Below are positions 53,532-64,000 of a DNA stretch of 64,000 nucleotides, piece after piece (positions within the stretch are counted from its first letter, which is position 1; every line of letters begins with the position of its first letter). The translations under genes and the position numbers were made by a program. The notes below the pieces were generated by a model. That model worked only from the letters and a program-made list of their open reading frames with translations, had not been told where the DNA came from and did no database searches. Source of the stretch: Nostoc sp. (GTDB lineage: Bacteria; Cyanobacteriota; Cyanobacteriia; Cyanobacteriales; Nostocaceae); NCBI GenBank assembly GCA_036918135.1, contig JBALDB010000015.1, positions 160,001-224,000 on the forward strand. The letters run 5' to 3'.

Positions 53532-54194
53532 TCATCGAGCATTTGGAGTATTAGGATTAGATTGCTCTCTCTTGATAGCATATGCATTTTTTGATTGCCC
53601 AACAAAACCCAAAGTTACTCGTTTCATAATCCAATACAGTCCAATAAGTATCAAAAAAGTGATAGCGATAATTACCAATGGCTGTTTCCCAAGAATTTCC
53701 TCGACACCTTTGGTGAGTACGGCATCAGGTTGAGTAATAAAATCCCAGCTGTTAAAACGCAAAAATCTTCCCCAATAAACACCAACAGCACAAAGAGCAT
53801 GGGTAATCAACTCAAAGCGCCAAATCCATTGACTCTTACCAATGCGATGTAAGTAGTAACCCCAATTAATTAATGATATTACGTAAGCTTCAATTCCAGC
53901 AAAAATTACTAGCAAATACACAGGAATTAGTACTAAAGTAATAATCCATACCGATTGGATCGTGCGAATATCATCTATTAAGTGAATTACATCGGTTAAT
54001 AAATATGGTGCATTGGGTAAGAATGCATAGAATACTAAGAATCCCAGCCACCACAGCCAAGTACCACCACGCTTAATGCGAAATAGCCATACACTTAAAG
54101 CTAAAGGTATAAAAGCCAGAAATAAATTCCAAGTCATCCAACTCATATTAATTCGCAAGACCTGTACAACTCTGGCTATCAATTCTTCTTTCAT
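53532..54194 (-). CDS. DUF1361-domain membrane protein
   Basis: WNLFLAFIP, FLPNAPYLLTD.IH, GRFLRFNSWD. Confidence 0.92.
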   Translation of the reverse strand: MKEELIARVVQVLRINMSWMTWNLFLAFIPLALSVWLFRIKRGGTWLWWLGFLVFYAFLPNAPYLLTDVIHLIDDIRTIQSVWIITLVLIPVYLLVIFAGIEAYVISLINWGYYLHRIGKSQWIWRFELITHALCAVGVYWGRFLRFNSWDFITQPDAVLTKGVEEILGKQPLVIIAITFLILIGLYWIMKRVTLGFVGQSKNAYAIKREQSNPNTPNAR

Positions 54195-54643
54195 AGGTGC
54201 TAACTCAGAAGACGTTTAATCGAACTAAATCTATTTTGTAGTATTAATGTTAACCTGAGTGATTGACTGATAAAGTTTGTGTAGTCCCCAAGAAAATTTA
54301 TTTTTTCCAACACCAGACAAGATTTTTTCTCAGTTCAAAGAAAATACACACTGATAAATGTCCCAAACCTAGAGTTTTTGTATTTTTCATCTTGGGTAAT
54401 GAAATTTATCAATCAATCAGCTTAAGCCACTAGTATAGCTAGAAAATCATTAGGGTAAAATCTACCAGAGAAAGGAAGTCTGACCAGTAAAACGCTACAA
54501 AATAGCTGATGGTGGACTTTTTGAATTGGAATATTACCCCGTCCTGGCTATTATATAGATTTTCTTCTGCCTTGCAAGAGTTCCAGAAGCACCTAGAAGT
54601 TTTGAGAATAGAAAATGGGAAAAGGTTTTTTGTTATTAAATAT

Positions 54644-55960
54644 CTAACGCACTAGCACTCGACTGCGGGGGCCTACCGCTTTGGCTGAAGAAGGTTTTGT
54701 ACACTTGTTGACAAAATCTTTTGAACAAGCAGCTTCAACTAGGGTTGCAGGGTTGACAAGTATTTGATTGACTGGAGAATTACCATTACTGAATTGCATA
54801 TTAAATGTAGGAGATAGTGATGGAGTAGACCTAGATGTCTGGGTTGTAGTCGTCGGCGAAGCGATCGCACTACCACTATCAACGATTGGTGCAACATTTA
54901 TGGCGTCACCACTATCAACGATTGGTGCAACATTTATGGTGTCAGCACTATCAACGATTGGCGCAACATTTATTGTGCTACCACTATCAACGATTGGTGC
55001 AACATTTATGGTGTCACCACTATCAACTATTGCTGGGAGAGTGGGTGTGCTACCACCACTAACTACGGGTGCGGGAGTCGGTGTGTTACCACCATCAACT
55101 ACTGGTGTAGGAGTGGGTGTGTTACCACCATCAACTACTGGTGTGGGAGTGACGAGAGTCGCAGTTGCAGGTACTTTAATTGTCAATCTTGCTAAAGGAG
55201 AGTTAGTCATTTCCAAAGATGTCACCTTTGGCGAACCTGGGAGATCCGATTTGAAATCGAAGACTGTGGGGGTTGCACCACCATTGCGAGCGCTATATCT
55301 GACTCCATATCCACTGACTTCAAAAGTTCCCTGATACTGGTTTCGAGTATTTGGGTCAGTAACAGTACCAGTGTATAAGGCTTTTGTCAGATTAAATTCA
55401 TCCTGAACTACTCCTTGAAATGTAGTTCCTGCCAATCTTCCCTGGTATTTATAAGCTGTCAACTCCCCGTTAGAGAGAACGGGTGAGGTGAGAACGCCGT
55501 TGAAGGAGACAATCGGAATGCCTTTAAAGTCAACAAAATAGTGCAAACTACCATCATTACGTGTTTGCACTTGCACATAGTCTGACTTGTATATAGGAAC
55601 GTAATTAGGATTGTTTTTAGTACCTAAATTCCGTGAGTAAGTCCCTGTGTCATCCGTATCAACACGAGTAATGCTTTGATTGAAATTGGGATTAATGCTG
55701 GGAAGTTGAATAGTACCTGATAATGTCCCAGTACTTTGAATTGTGATTTGAGCTAAAGCAGTTGTTCCACCCAAACCGATGATGATTGCGGCTAAACTAC
55801 TGCTGCTAACAACTGCTGCAAACAACTGAGAGAATTTTGAATTTTGAGATTTTGCGGAAAGTCTCAGCCGCAGCTTTTGCCAATCAGAACTTTCCAAGAC
55901 GGATTTTTGAGTGTCGTCAAAACTTCTGGAAGTAGTATGAGTTGATGGATGTAATCTCAT
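54644..55960 (-). CDS. Probable exported hypothetical protein with 12-aa tandem repeats
   Basis: Hydrophobic segment ending ALA-Q (signal-like), beta-rich core, Pro/Thr/Asp repeats. Confidence 0.8.
   Translation of the reverse strand: MRLHPSTHTTSRSFDDTQKSVLESSDWQKLRLRLSAKSQNSKFSQLFAAVVSSSSLAAIIIGLGGTTALAQITIQSTGTLSGTIQLPSINPNFNQSITRVDTDDTGTYSRNLGTKNNPNYVPIYKSDYVQVQTRNDGSLHYFVDFKGIPIVSFNGVLTSPVLSNGELTAYKYQGRLAGTTFQGVVQDEFNLTKALYTGTVTDPNTRNQYQGTFEVSGYGVRYSARNGGATPTVFDFKSDLPGSPKVTSLEMTNSPLARLTIKVPATATLVTPTPVVDGGNTPTPTPVVDGGNTPTPAPVVSGGSTPTLPAIVDSGDTINVAPIVDSGSTINVAPIVDSADTINVAPIVDSGDAINVAPIVDSGSAIASPTTTTQTSRSTPSLSPTFNMQFSNGNSPVNQILVNPATLVEAACSKDFVNKCTKPSSAKAVGPRSRVLVR
54868..55150 (-). repeat. 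36-bp intragenic tandem repeat (~8 units)
   Basis: Encodes TPTPTPVVDGGN-type units followed by TINVAPIVDSG(D/S)-type units. Confidence 0.9.
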
Positions 55961-56098
55961 AAAAATTTGCTCCTTTAATCACCTAGTAAAATATACGCAT
56001 AGGTTTTTCCTTACTCCCATTAAGGAATGAAAGTATTTAACTACTGAAAACTTCAGTAATTAAAAAGCATATTTAAATACATTTACAACAGTATAAAA

Positions 56099-57961
56099 TT
56101 AAAACCGGAAAGTTGCTCTTAATGCTCCAACTACTAAAGCATCGTTAGCTGCATTGCAATCGGGATTGAAAATGACGAATAAGCCTGGAGTCAAGGCAAT
56201 ATTGTCACTCAGTTGGGCGCGGTAAAAAAGTTCTAGATGAATTGAGGTGTCACTACGTCCGCCTGCTGTCCCTCCATCAGAAAAGTTAGGAAAATTAAAT
56301 CCCTCAGGTAAAGTACTAGAAGTAATTTTTGGGGGTTGTCCTACAAGAAAGCCTCCTAAATTCCCACGACTGAACAAATTGGGAAAAGCCGCGAACACCA
56401 TCCAGTTAGTAGTTTCCACACTTCCAGAAAGATGGGATGGTTTGGAGGAAGTGAAGCCACCCCAACCACCCAACTGCAAGTTAGGGTTAATTCGCCAAGC
56501 AACGGTAGCACCAATTGCTTGGGTATCGAAAGCTGTAGTCGGTGCAAAAGGCGAAATCAGTTGAGCATCGCCGATACCAGTTCCCAGTAAGCCATCTGGA
56601 GAGTGGGAATAAAGATAATGCACCCCGATATCGATGTCATTAGTAGGTGCAAAACTTAATTGAGTTCCAGCAGTAAATCTACCGCCAAATAATCCGCCTT
56701 GTTTGCTGTTGCTAGGAAAACTAGGAATTTCTGCACTGTAAATACCTTGCCAACTAATGCGATCGCTAATTTGCCAGTCAAAACCTATACCACCACTGCC
56801 ATTACCAATGCCTAAAATCGGGTTACGCTGACCAAATAGAGAAATTGCACCGTCGCTAGAACCCTCTAATGGGTTAATACCGCGAAAGGTGTTAATGGGG
56901 TTGACTCCCGCTGTACCAACGACGATTCCCAAGTTATTCGAGACTAAAAATCGATAAGATAAATCACTAATAACTAGATTGTTGTCTGTATTGGACTCGA
57001 ATCCCAACCGCCCCATATTGGTATATACCAACGATGCAGTAGAAGTGAAATTACCAGCAGACAACCCTGTTAAGAGCAAATCTCGCCCGGTAAATGAAGT
57101 TGCTAAGGTTAGTTGGGCGCTACTAGTGAAAGTCAGATTCGTTTTTCCTTGGCGTTCAGGTACTCCATCTCTAGGAAACAAATCCACATCGGTGCTATTG
57201 GTTCCCTGAACGCTGAAAACAGCTTGACCATATAATCTGGTAGTTGTAGAAAACCGATTGTTTTGTAATTCACTTGTCCGCTTTTCTACAACCTCGACAC
57301 GCTGCTGTAATTGTTGCAACTCTGCTTTGAATTCACCTTGCAACCTTTGCAGCAGGATTAAATCTCGATCGTTAACAGTCTTAAGTTTATTGTTAGCGAT
57401 CGCTTGGTTAATTTTCTCTAGGCAAGCATTTAAACTAGCGACAAATTCATAACGGCTGATAGTACGATTCCCTAGATAAGTACCATCAGCATATCCTTCA
57501 GTGCAGCCATAGCGTTCTACCAAAGACTGCAAAGCACCAAAAGCCCAGTCAGAGGGTTGCACATCCTCAAGCTGTGATACTGAGGTAAGTTGAGACATTG
57601 GGTTGTCTGAGTCTGGAGAATTAGAAGATTGCGAGAGGGGGGAATGGGAAGAATTTTTGTCAGCTTCCTCTGTTATAGGTTGTGTATTTTTTGATTCAGG
57701 CAAATTAGAAGAACTTATAAATTGAATTTTTTTTCTAATTTTTCTCAGTATATTTTCGTACTTATTTTTTACAAACATTGAGGTGGTTATATCTGGCTGT
57801 ACGAATTCAGGTGGTGTAATTTCTGCACGCGGGATTACTTGAGATAAATTTTTCTGTGTTGATTGCTGTACCAGGTTATCTGGCTCAAGTATAGCCTGTT
57901 CTGGTACATGAAACGCAGATATTGGTGCTGTTGCTAGCACACTTGCTATCAGTAGACTCAT
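56099..57961 (-). CDS. SLH-domain outer membrane porin (cyanobacterial OprB/iron-uptake porin family)
   Basis: MSQLTSVSQLEDVQPSDWAFGALQSLVERYGC (SLH), coiled coil, FSTTTRL, C-terminal LRATFRF. Confidence 0.93.
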   Translation of the reverse strand: MSLLIASVLATAPISAFHVPEQAILEPDNLVQQSTQKNLSQVIPRAEITPPEFVQPDITTSMFVKNKYENILRKIRKKIQFISSSNLPESKNTQPITEEADKNSSHSPLSQSSNSPDSDNPMSQLTSVSQLEDVQPSDWAFGALQSLVERYGCTEGYADGTYLGNRTISRYEFVASLNACLEKINQAIANNKLKTVNDRDLILLQRLQGEFKAELQQLQQRVEVVEKRTSELQNNRFSTTTRLYGQAVFSVQGTNSTDVDLFPRDGVPERQGKTNLTFTSSAQLTLATSFTGRDLLLTGLSAGNFTSTASLVYTNMGRLGFESNTDNNLVISDLSYRFLVSNNLGIVVGTAGVNPINTFRGINPLEGSSDGAISLFGQRNPILGIGNGSGGIGFDWQISDRISWQGIYSAEIPSFPSNSKQGGLFGGRFTAGTQLSFAPTNDIDIGVHYLYSHSPDGLLGTGIGDAQLISPFAPTTAFDTQAIGATVAWRINPNLQLGGWGGFTSSKPSHLSGSVETTNWMVFAAFPNLFSRGNLGGFLVGQPPKITSSTLPEGFNFPNFSDGGTAGGRSDTSIHLELFYRAQLSDNIALTPGLFVIFNPDCNAANDALVVGALRATFRF

Positions 57962-58186
57962 ATCATTCCTGGTATTTCATTTGACTTGCACCAACATTTC
58001 TTTTGACAGATAAAGTTGGTGTGTATCAGGAATATTTTGAAAAAAGGAGTGATAAAAATTACTTTATTTCTCAGGTATCGGCATGTTAGCGAATGATTGA
58101 GAAGTGGGGAGCAGTGGGGAAGTTGTAACAAGTCTTTCCCCTGTGGCTCATCCCCATGCCCTATTTGCTCAATGCCCCAGATAGAA

Positions 58187-58663
58187 TTATTCAGGCTGGC
58201 TACAATACTTATTCATTTCATCGACTAAGGTATCTGACTGCTTGCCTATGGTTTCAGCATCTGTGAGGGCTGAGTCAATTTCGGTTCTCGCTTTTTGAAT
58301 TGTCTCCCTACCAGCTGCTGAGTCTTGGGCTGTTTTAGTTGCATTAAGTGCGTTACCTGACTTGGCGATCGCTTGACTGAGATTGTGGAAAATCTTGACA
58401 AAACTGCTTTGATATTCTTTCAATTTGGGGTCTGTTAAATTCAGTTCCTTAATCGATTTAGTAATAAATTCCAAATCTTTAGACAGTTGGATACTGGTGG
58501 TCACTTGTGTTGCTTTATTTTGATCTATCTGTGAGGTTCCTTCATTGACAAGTCGAATTAGTCGTTGGCATTGAGAAACTTTATTTTCACTGCAACTAGT
58601 AATGAACAAAGCAATACTCAGGCAAATAGGAGCAAAAACAGTATATTTGTGTGAAATAGACAT
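58187..58663 (-). CDS. Putative helical lipoprotein
   Basis: Lipobox ITSC after a hydrophobic stretch; Cys residues near both ends (SQC, KYC). Confidence 0.75.
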   Translation of the reverse strand: MSISHKYTVFAPICLSIALFITSCSENKVSQCQRLIRLVNEGTSQIDQNKATQVTTSIQLSKDLEFITKSIKELNLTDPKLKEYQSSFVKIFHNLSQAIAKSGNALNATKTAQDSAAGRETIQKARTEIDSALTDAETIGKQSDTLVDEMNKYCSQPE

Positions 58664-58864
58664 TAACACCCCAACAACAATAAAACCGAGAAGATAGTAT
58701 TCAATATTATGAGTTAAAGATAATAACTGAGTAGGGGGTGATGAATACAGAAGTCTATGTGATTCGTAATTGATAATACTTGCCTGGGTGTGAGAAGCAA
58801 ACTATGTGTTTTTCATAATTAGAATCGAGTGGGGGGCTTAGGCGATACACCGATTGTCGCCAAA

Positions 58865-60850
58865 TTAAGAAACATGCACTGCAACTGGAACGGTAAAATG
58901 AAATTTGCTACCCTGATTTTTCCCCAGAGACTCAGCCCAAATTTTGCCTCCCAAATTATTGATAATCCGACGACAAATTGCCAAACCAAGTCCAGCTCCA
59001 CCTACAGTCCGTTGCAAGAATCCTTCTTCCTGATAAAAACGCTCAAAAATAGCTTCTAGACGACTCGGTTCAATGCCGCGACCTGTATCTGCAATAGTAA
59101 CTTTTAACACAGATGTATTTGGGGAATTTTCTAAGGCTCGGTCAACTTCTTCTGGATACAAAAGGTCAGCATGAATCGTGACTTGTCCGCTCTTGTCGGT
59201 AAACTTACAGGCATTATCAAGTAACTTTGTTAAAACTTCAATCAGTCCTTCTCCATCTACCTGGATGGGCGGTAAGTAATGGGGCAATTCTACGACAATT
59301 TTGGGTAATTTTTGGCAAGATTTAAGTCCGCTAAGTGCTAAATCGAGGTATTCTTGAAGAGATATTGGCTCTAGTTGCCAGCGCACTAACCCACCCTCTA
59401 AGCGAGATAGGGTAATAAAATCTTGAATTAGTTTACGTAAACGGTCGGCATCGTCTAAGGCAGCTTGCAACATCGTCTGTTGCAACTCTAGCGGCATTTG
59501 TGGTTCTGTAACTAAACTCTCTAAGCAAACGCGGATCGTAGATAAAGGAGTACGCAGCTCATGTCCAACGATCGCAATCAAGTTACTTTGGGTGCGCTCC
59601 AAGTCTACCAGTTGACGATTAAGAGTTTCTAAGTTGGTATAAGCCTGTGCGTGCATCAAAGCAACTCCAACTTGTGTAGCGATCGCCTCTAATAAAGCTA
59701 TCTCATCCTCTGTCCACAGATGAGCCTCTGGCTGATGCAGTTCTATCATTCCCAGCCAAGTCCCCTGATAGCGAATCGGCACCAGTATGCAAGCACGGAT
59801 CTGCCAGCGCAGCAGTTGGACTTTTAAGTCTGGATGCGACTGTAAGCCAAAATCCTGGTTGATATCAGCAATCGCTATAGTTTCTGACTGATTTTCGCTG
59901 TGAGTTTGACTTGACACTAAAGCAGTTTGAAACAGTATATGACTTGCCAATGACCAAACTTCTCCCTTCAAAGATGGCAATTTTGCAGGTAGTGACTCAT
60001 AAGCAATTCGCTGTTTTTGACTCCCTGGTTGATAAAGATAAACCAGACACCGACAATCACTAAAAACTTGACCTAATTCTCTAACACTAACAGTTAAAAT
60101 TTCTTCTAAATTAAAAGAGCAGCGAATAGCAGTGGCGATCGCATTAATCGAACGTTCTTTGCGCTCTTTACTAGCTATGGTACGATAAGCTTTCAGTAAC
60201 CTGTATTGACTAGCTTGTAAATATGTGACTAAGCGATTGGGGAATAGTCTCAAGTCTATTCCTTGCATTTTATTTGTTGATCCTTGCACTGCCGATTCCC
60301 GCAATAGTCGATAACGCCTGTGTGCTTGCTCGATTTTCGGGGCTAATTCTGGTCGATAAGTTAGAATCCGCTTCAATAAAAGGCGGGCAGCCTGAATACA
60401 AACCTGGGGATCGAATGTCCAAATTCCCTGAAATTCTGTTGTTTGGTCTAGGGATGCTGAATCTACAGGTGAAGCATGTTCGCGACAAATCAGGCACGCT
60501 GAATATAATTGACCAATTACGATTAAATGCCATTCCTGAGCTAATTCGTCACTAGGGGCAAAAGGGATGGTTGCATAAGGGGCTGAAACTATCCCAAAGT
60601 CACTCTCTGGTGCAGCTAACACATAAACCTGGTCTGTATGCTGAGCAATTTTTTCATAGCGAGGAATCTCCTGGCGATAAAAACGCTCCTGTTGAAAATT
60701 TGCAATTACAAGAGGTCGATCCCTCGCAGCCAGTACCAGGTCTTCTATTGCATGACAAACAGCCGTTAATGAAGACTTGAAATAAATTTGAGGTTGTAGA
60801 TCTGGTAGAACTTGGCACAAATCTTGCAACAAGGAATTCGAGACACTCAT
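58865..60850 (-). CDS. DICT-GAF sensor histidine kinase (Hik2-like architecture)
   Basis: DICT (YFKSSL, ANFQQERFY, EWHL), GAF, H-box GHELRTPL, DNACKFT, DTGRGI, GAGLGL. Confidence 0.92.
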   Translation of the reverse strand: MSVSNSLLQDLCQVLPDLQPQIYFKSSLTAVCHAIEDLVLAARDRPLVIANFQQERFYRQEIPRYEKIAQHTDQVYVLAAPESDFGIVSAPYATIPFAPSDELAQEWHLIVIGQLYSACLICREHASPVDSASLDQTTEFQGIWTFDPQVCIQAARLLLKRILTYRPELAPKIEQAHRRYRLLRESAVQGSTNKMQGIDLRLFPNRLVTYLQASQYRLLKAYRTIASKERKERSINAIATAIRCSFNLEEILTVSVRELGQVFSDCRCLVYLYQPGSQKQRIAYESLPAKLPSLKGEVWSLASHILFQTALVSSQTHSENQSETIAIADINQDFGLQSHPDLKVQLLRWQIRACILVPIRYQGTWLGMIELHQPEAHLWTEDEIALLEAIATQVGVALMHAQAYTNLETLNRQLVDLERTQSNLIAIVGHELRTPLSTIRVCLESLVTEPQMPLELQQTMLQAALDDADRLRKLIQDFITLSRLEGGLVRWQLEPISLQEYLDLALSGLKSCQKLPKIVVELPHYLPPIQVDGEGLIEVLTKLLDNACKFTDKSGQVTIHADLLYPEEVDRALENSPNTSVLKVTIADTGRGIEPSRLEAIFERFYQEEGFLQRTVGGAGLGLAICRRIINNLGGKIWAESLGKNQGSKFHFTVPVAVHVS

Positions 60851-61034
60851 TAGTAACTAATTTGGTAAAAATAAACAATTACTTGTTAAGGTTGGGTATT
60901 AGGAGCGAAAGACGTTTTTATTAGCTGTAGTTCAGGACTGACATACAAAAAAATATCCCTGTGTTCCCACTCAACAGTCATCAATTATTAGTCAGTAACT
61001 TCAAATGAAATAATTTATTTCTTCGCAGCTACGG

Positions 61035-61679
61035 TTAACCTACCTTAATCAAGTTTGATTCAGCTAAGGTGACTTTATTGAGGAAGCAGCGATCCAGCTC
61101 TACTCCAGTCAGATCTACTTTTGTAAAATCAACGTCACTGAAATCGGTTTTAAATAAAACAGCTTTGGTGAGATTGGTATGACTCAGGTCTGTGTTGCTC
61201 AAGTTTGCCCCAATCAGGTTTGCACCACTCAGATTTGCCCTAGCCAAGTTTGCACCACTAAGGTTGGCATAGCGCAAGTCTGCCCCAGCCAAGTTTGCAC
61301 TGCTGAGGTCTGCATCACACAGATCTGCTAAGCGCAAATCTGCTTTCACAAGGTTTCCCCTGTGCAGATCTACCCTGCTGAGAGTTGCGCGAATCATGTT
61401 AGCAGCCTTGAGGTTTACCCAGATTAGGTGCGCTCCACTAAAGTTGGTTCTCCATAGGGATGCCGCAGTTAAATTTGCTTGAGTTAAATTAGCTTTGCAG
61501 AGGTTGGCATGAGATAAAGTCGCATTTGCCAAGTTAGCCCCATCTAGATTAATTCCAGCTAGATAGGCCTCGCTGAGGTTAGCTAAGTGTAGACTTACCT
61601 GGCTAAAATTTCTCTCTCCTGCACAATAGCGTTTGAGAAGTTCATCAGAATCTATACAGCCCGCTTTCAAAATCTCCAT
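61035..61679 (-). CDS. Pentapeptide repeat protein
   Basis: ELLKRYCAGERNF leader followed by A(N/D)Lxx repeats. Confidence 0.93.
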   Translation of the reverse strand: MEILKAGCIDSDELLKRYCAGERNFSQVSLHLANLSEAYLAGINLDGANLANATLSHANLCKANLTQANLTAASLWRTNFSGAHLIWVNLKAANMIRATLSRVDLHRGNLVKADLRLADLCDADLSSANLAGADLRYANLSGANLARANLSGANLIGANLSNTDLSHTNLTKAVLFKTDFSDVDFTKVDLTGVELDRCFLNKVTLAESNLIKVG

Positions 61680-62639
61680 TTCTCACCTGAAAATTAAAGT
61701 ATCTAATTAATAATCGTTGGAAATATCCTTTGTTACATTTAGCTGTTAACAAAGGCACCCAACTAAGGACATGAGCATAGTTGCGATCGCTTCACCAAGA
61801 CTACAGGGATTTTCTACTATAAACTTGGATACTCAGCAATACATATCCATCTACAAACCATTGTTAAGCAACGGTTTGATACATGTTTTAAATTTTATTT
61901 AATTATGTAAAGAAATATAACAATATTGTTACAAATAAGCAATACTTTCTCCGCTATGAGTTAATAATTTTTATTTATATAAAAAATAAACTTTGCTTAA
62001 GTAAATTAGCCACAATTTAAGAACTGCTTGCGTGTCTTTGTGAGTATTTACCTATAAGAGCGATCCTAATCCAACTTTTATCACTACATAGCACTATTGA
62101 AATAACCTACCTATTTAGGATGGTTTTTACTACTTTTATTACTGTGCCAAGCTGTGATAAAAAATCTCTATTTTAATTTATCTTTATTTACAAAATTGAG
62201 GAAATAACAAAATAAGAAGCAATAAATGATTGTGGCTATGTAAGTTTAGAAGTAACAGAATTTGTTGCCAAATACCCTACTGCTCAAAGCAAAACTTATG
62301 TAATTTAAAATAGAAGAATATTAATATATCAACTTTCAAAATCTGGTCTAGATTCTCATACAGTCAACCGAACTATTGCCATACTGATATGGAGTCCAAT
62401 TTTACAATCAACTAATAAAAACCACTGTGCCAGTCAGAAGTGCTGAATGGGAGTATAGGGAGAAATAGTCAATAAGAAATGACAAAGCGCAAAGTCAGAA
62501 CTCCGCCTAAGGGCGATATGACACCACTGAAGGAGCCGGGAAACCCTAGTCGAGCAGTGGCTCAACGGCAGTTCTTTTAAGCGGGGGAAAAGAGCCAACA
62601 AACTGCCTCAACTTTGCAGGAGAGGACAAATGGGCAAAC

Positions 62640-64000
62640 TTAACGTAGACAACGAATTGCTTCTAATAAACCTCTAGCTTTATTGAGCGTCTCTTCATAT
62701 TCTTTTTCAGGTTCAGAATCAGCCACCAAACCTGCACCAGCTTGTACGCTGACCGTGTTATTATGCACTACCATTGTGCGAATTGCTATAGCACTATTTA
62801 ATTGTCCTTCAAAATCATAGTATCCGTAAACACCGGAATAAACACCCCGACGACTAGGCTCTAACTCATGGATAATTTCCATTGCCCTAATCTTGGGTGC
62901 GCCGCTGACTGTACCTGCTGGAAAACAGGCTTTGAGCAAATCCCATGCTGTTTTATCAAGTGCTAATTTACCCACAACATTGCTGACAATGTGCATGACG
63001 TGGGAGTAGCGTTCAACTACCATTAATTCATCAACTTTGACGCTACCACTTTGGCAAACACGCCCTAAATCGTTTCGTCCTAAATCAACAAGCATCACAT
63101 GTTCGGCAATTTCCTTAGGATCTTGGAGTAAATCCTCAGCAAGAGCTGTATCTTCTTGGGTAGTTTTACCCCGTGGACGCGTCCCTGCGATTGGACGTAA
63201 AGTTGCGATCGCGCCACCATTTGGATCGGTTTCGGCTTTCACCATCACTTCTGGACTCGAACCGATGATTTGCCAATCTTGGAAGTGAAAATAAGCCATG
63301 TAAGGCGAAGGATTTATCTGACGTAGAGAACGGTAAAGAGCAAAGGGGTCAGCTGTGTATGTTGTTGATAATCGCTGGGAAATAACTACTTGGAATATAT
63401 CACCAGCTTTGATATATTCTTTTGCTTTTTGGACGCTGGCACAAAAATCGGGACGAGTAAAGTTACTCTGATACTCCTCTGCTCCCTTGCTCCCCTGCTC
63501 CCCTGCTCCTCTGCTTCCTGGCGGCTTCCATTCCAGCCTAGTTTTTTCGGGTAATAGCGGAAGAGATAGCTTTTCGAGCATTTGGGTAACGCGATCGCCT
63601 GCTTGTTGATATGCTGCTTTGATATCAACTTTCGGATCGCGTAAATCAGCATAGGCGACCGCCCAAATTTTTCGCTTCACCTGGTCAAAAATCAACAGGT
63701 GGTCTACCTGCATCCACAATCCATCAGGGATATTACGCTCATCTGGTGGATGAATTGGTACACGCGGCTCAATCCAGCGAATTAATTCATAGCCCCAAAA
63801 GCCAAATAAACCCCCAATTCCTGGCGGCAACTGTGGTAATTTTACTGGGTGATAAGGTGCTAGACATTCGGCTAAAGCTATAAAAGGATCGCCTGCAAAA
63901 ACTACTTGCGAGCCATCGCGGTTGATTTGAGTCGTGCGATCGCCCCTTGCTTCCAAAACCCACACGGGATCGCAACCCACTAAACTATAGCGTCCGAGTT
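62640..64000 (-). CDS. trpE: Anthranilate synthase component I (5' end beyond the window)
   Basis: GDIFQVVISQR, NPSPY, PIAGTRPRG, EHVMLVDLGRND, GTVSGAPK; frame open to the window edge (LGRYSLVGCDP). Confidence 0.96.
   Translation of the reverse strand, partial: LGRYSLVGCDPVWVLEARGDRTTQINRDGSQVVFAGDPFIALAECLAPYHPVKLPQLPPGIGGLFGFWGYELIRWIEPRVPIHPPDERNIPDGLWMQVDHLLIFDQVKRKIWAVAYADLRDPKVDIKAAYQQAGDRVTQMLEKLSLPLLPEKTRLEWKPPGSRGAGEQGSKGAEEYQSNFTRPDFCASVQKAKEYIKAGDIFQVVISQRLSTTYTADPFALYRSLRQINPSPYMAYFHFQDWQIIGSSPEVMVKAETDPNGGAIATLRPIAGTRPRGKTTQEDTALAEDLLQDPKEIAEHVMLVDLGRNDLGRVCQSGSVKVDELMVVERYSHVMHIVSNVVGKLALDKTAWDLLKACFPAGTVSGAPKIRAMEIIHELEPSRRGVYSGVYGYYDFEGQLNSAIAIRTMVVHNNTVSVQAGAGLVADSEPEKEYEETLNKARGLLEAIRCLR

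Noticed and set aside
54868..55150. 36-bp periodic repeat as a CRISPR array
   Set aside because: Contiguous units without spacers, in frame within a CDS.
54768..55334. 188-aa plus-strand repeat ORF
   Set aside because: Antisense shadow of the 36-bp repeat in 54644-55960.
61680..62639. 960-bp AT-rich gap as a hidden gene or RNA
   Set aside because: No ORF or recognisable RNA fold; the GC-rich part (about 62500-62610) resembles the dispersed hairpin repeats seen elsewhere.

Overview
Chromosomal window of a heterocyst-forming (Nostocales-like) cyanobacterium, inferred from abundant HIP1 octamers (GCGATCGC), 7-9-nt tandem repeats and gene content. It is mostly conserved core genes: GH57 branching enzyme, grpE-dnaK-dnaJ-tusA-rsgA divergent from pilB-pilT-pilC, bioU, DUF2997-DUF1257-ferredoxin, DUF3038-DUF4335, clpB, scpA, cugP-like nucleotidyltransferase, speA, ndk, TerC, a transglutaminase, a P-type ATPase, recF, MgtC, a PEP-utilising enzyme, an EAL-GAF-GGDEF protein, a porin, a DICT-GAF kinase and trpE. 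Small accessory patches are interspersed: toxin-antitoxin-like pairs (several visibly decayed), Uma2 nucleases, an Ala/Gly-rich orphan, an orphan GT2, an acyltransferase, an IS5 relic, and many ~100-bp TA-flanked MITE-like and nested small repeats. I found no rRNA, tRNA, CRISPR array or intact transposase. No system here is demonstrably new from sequence alone. The best leads are: (i) the 18.2-19.95 kb islet (Gly-zipper orphan plus a DUF6883/DUF4926/DUF6887 cassette ending in an attC-like half site); (ii) a DXCF cyanobacteriochrome c-di-GMP enzyme sharing a SigJ-like promoter box with pilB; (iii) a PEP-utilising protein with an apparently degenerate ATP-grasp domain; (iv) the DUF4335 TonB-like trans-envelope architecture. 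Family assignments are from motif recall, not database searches.
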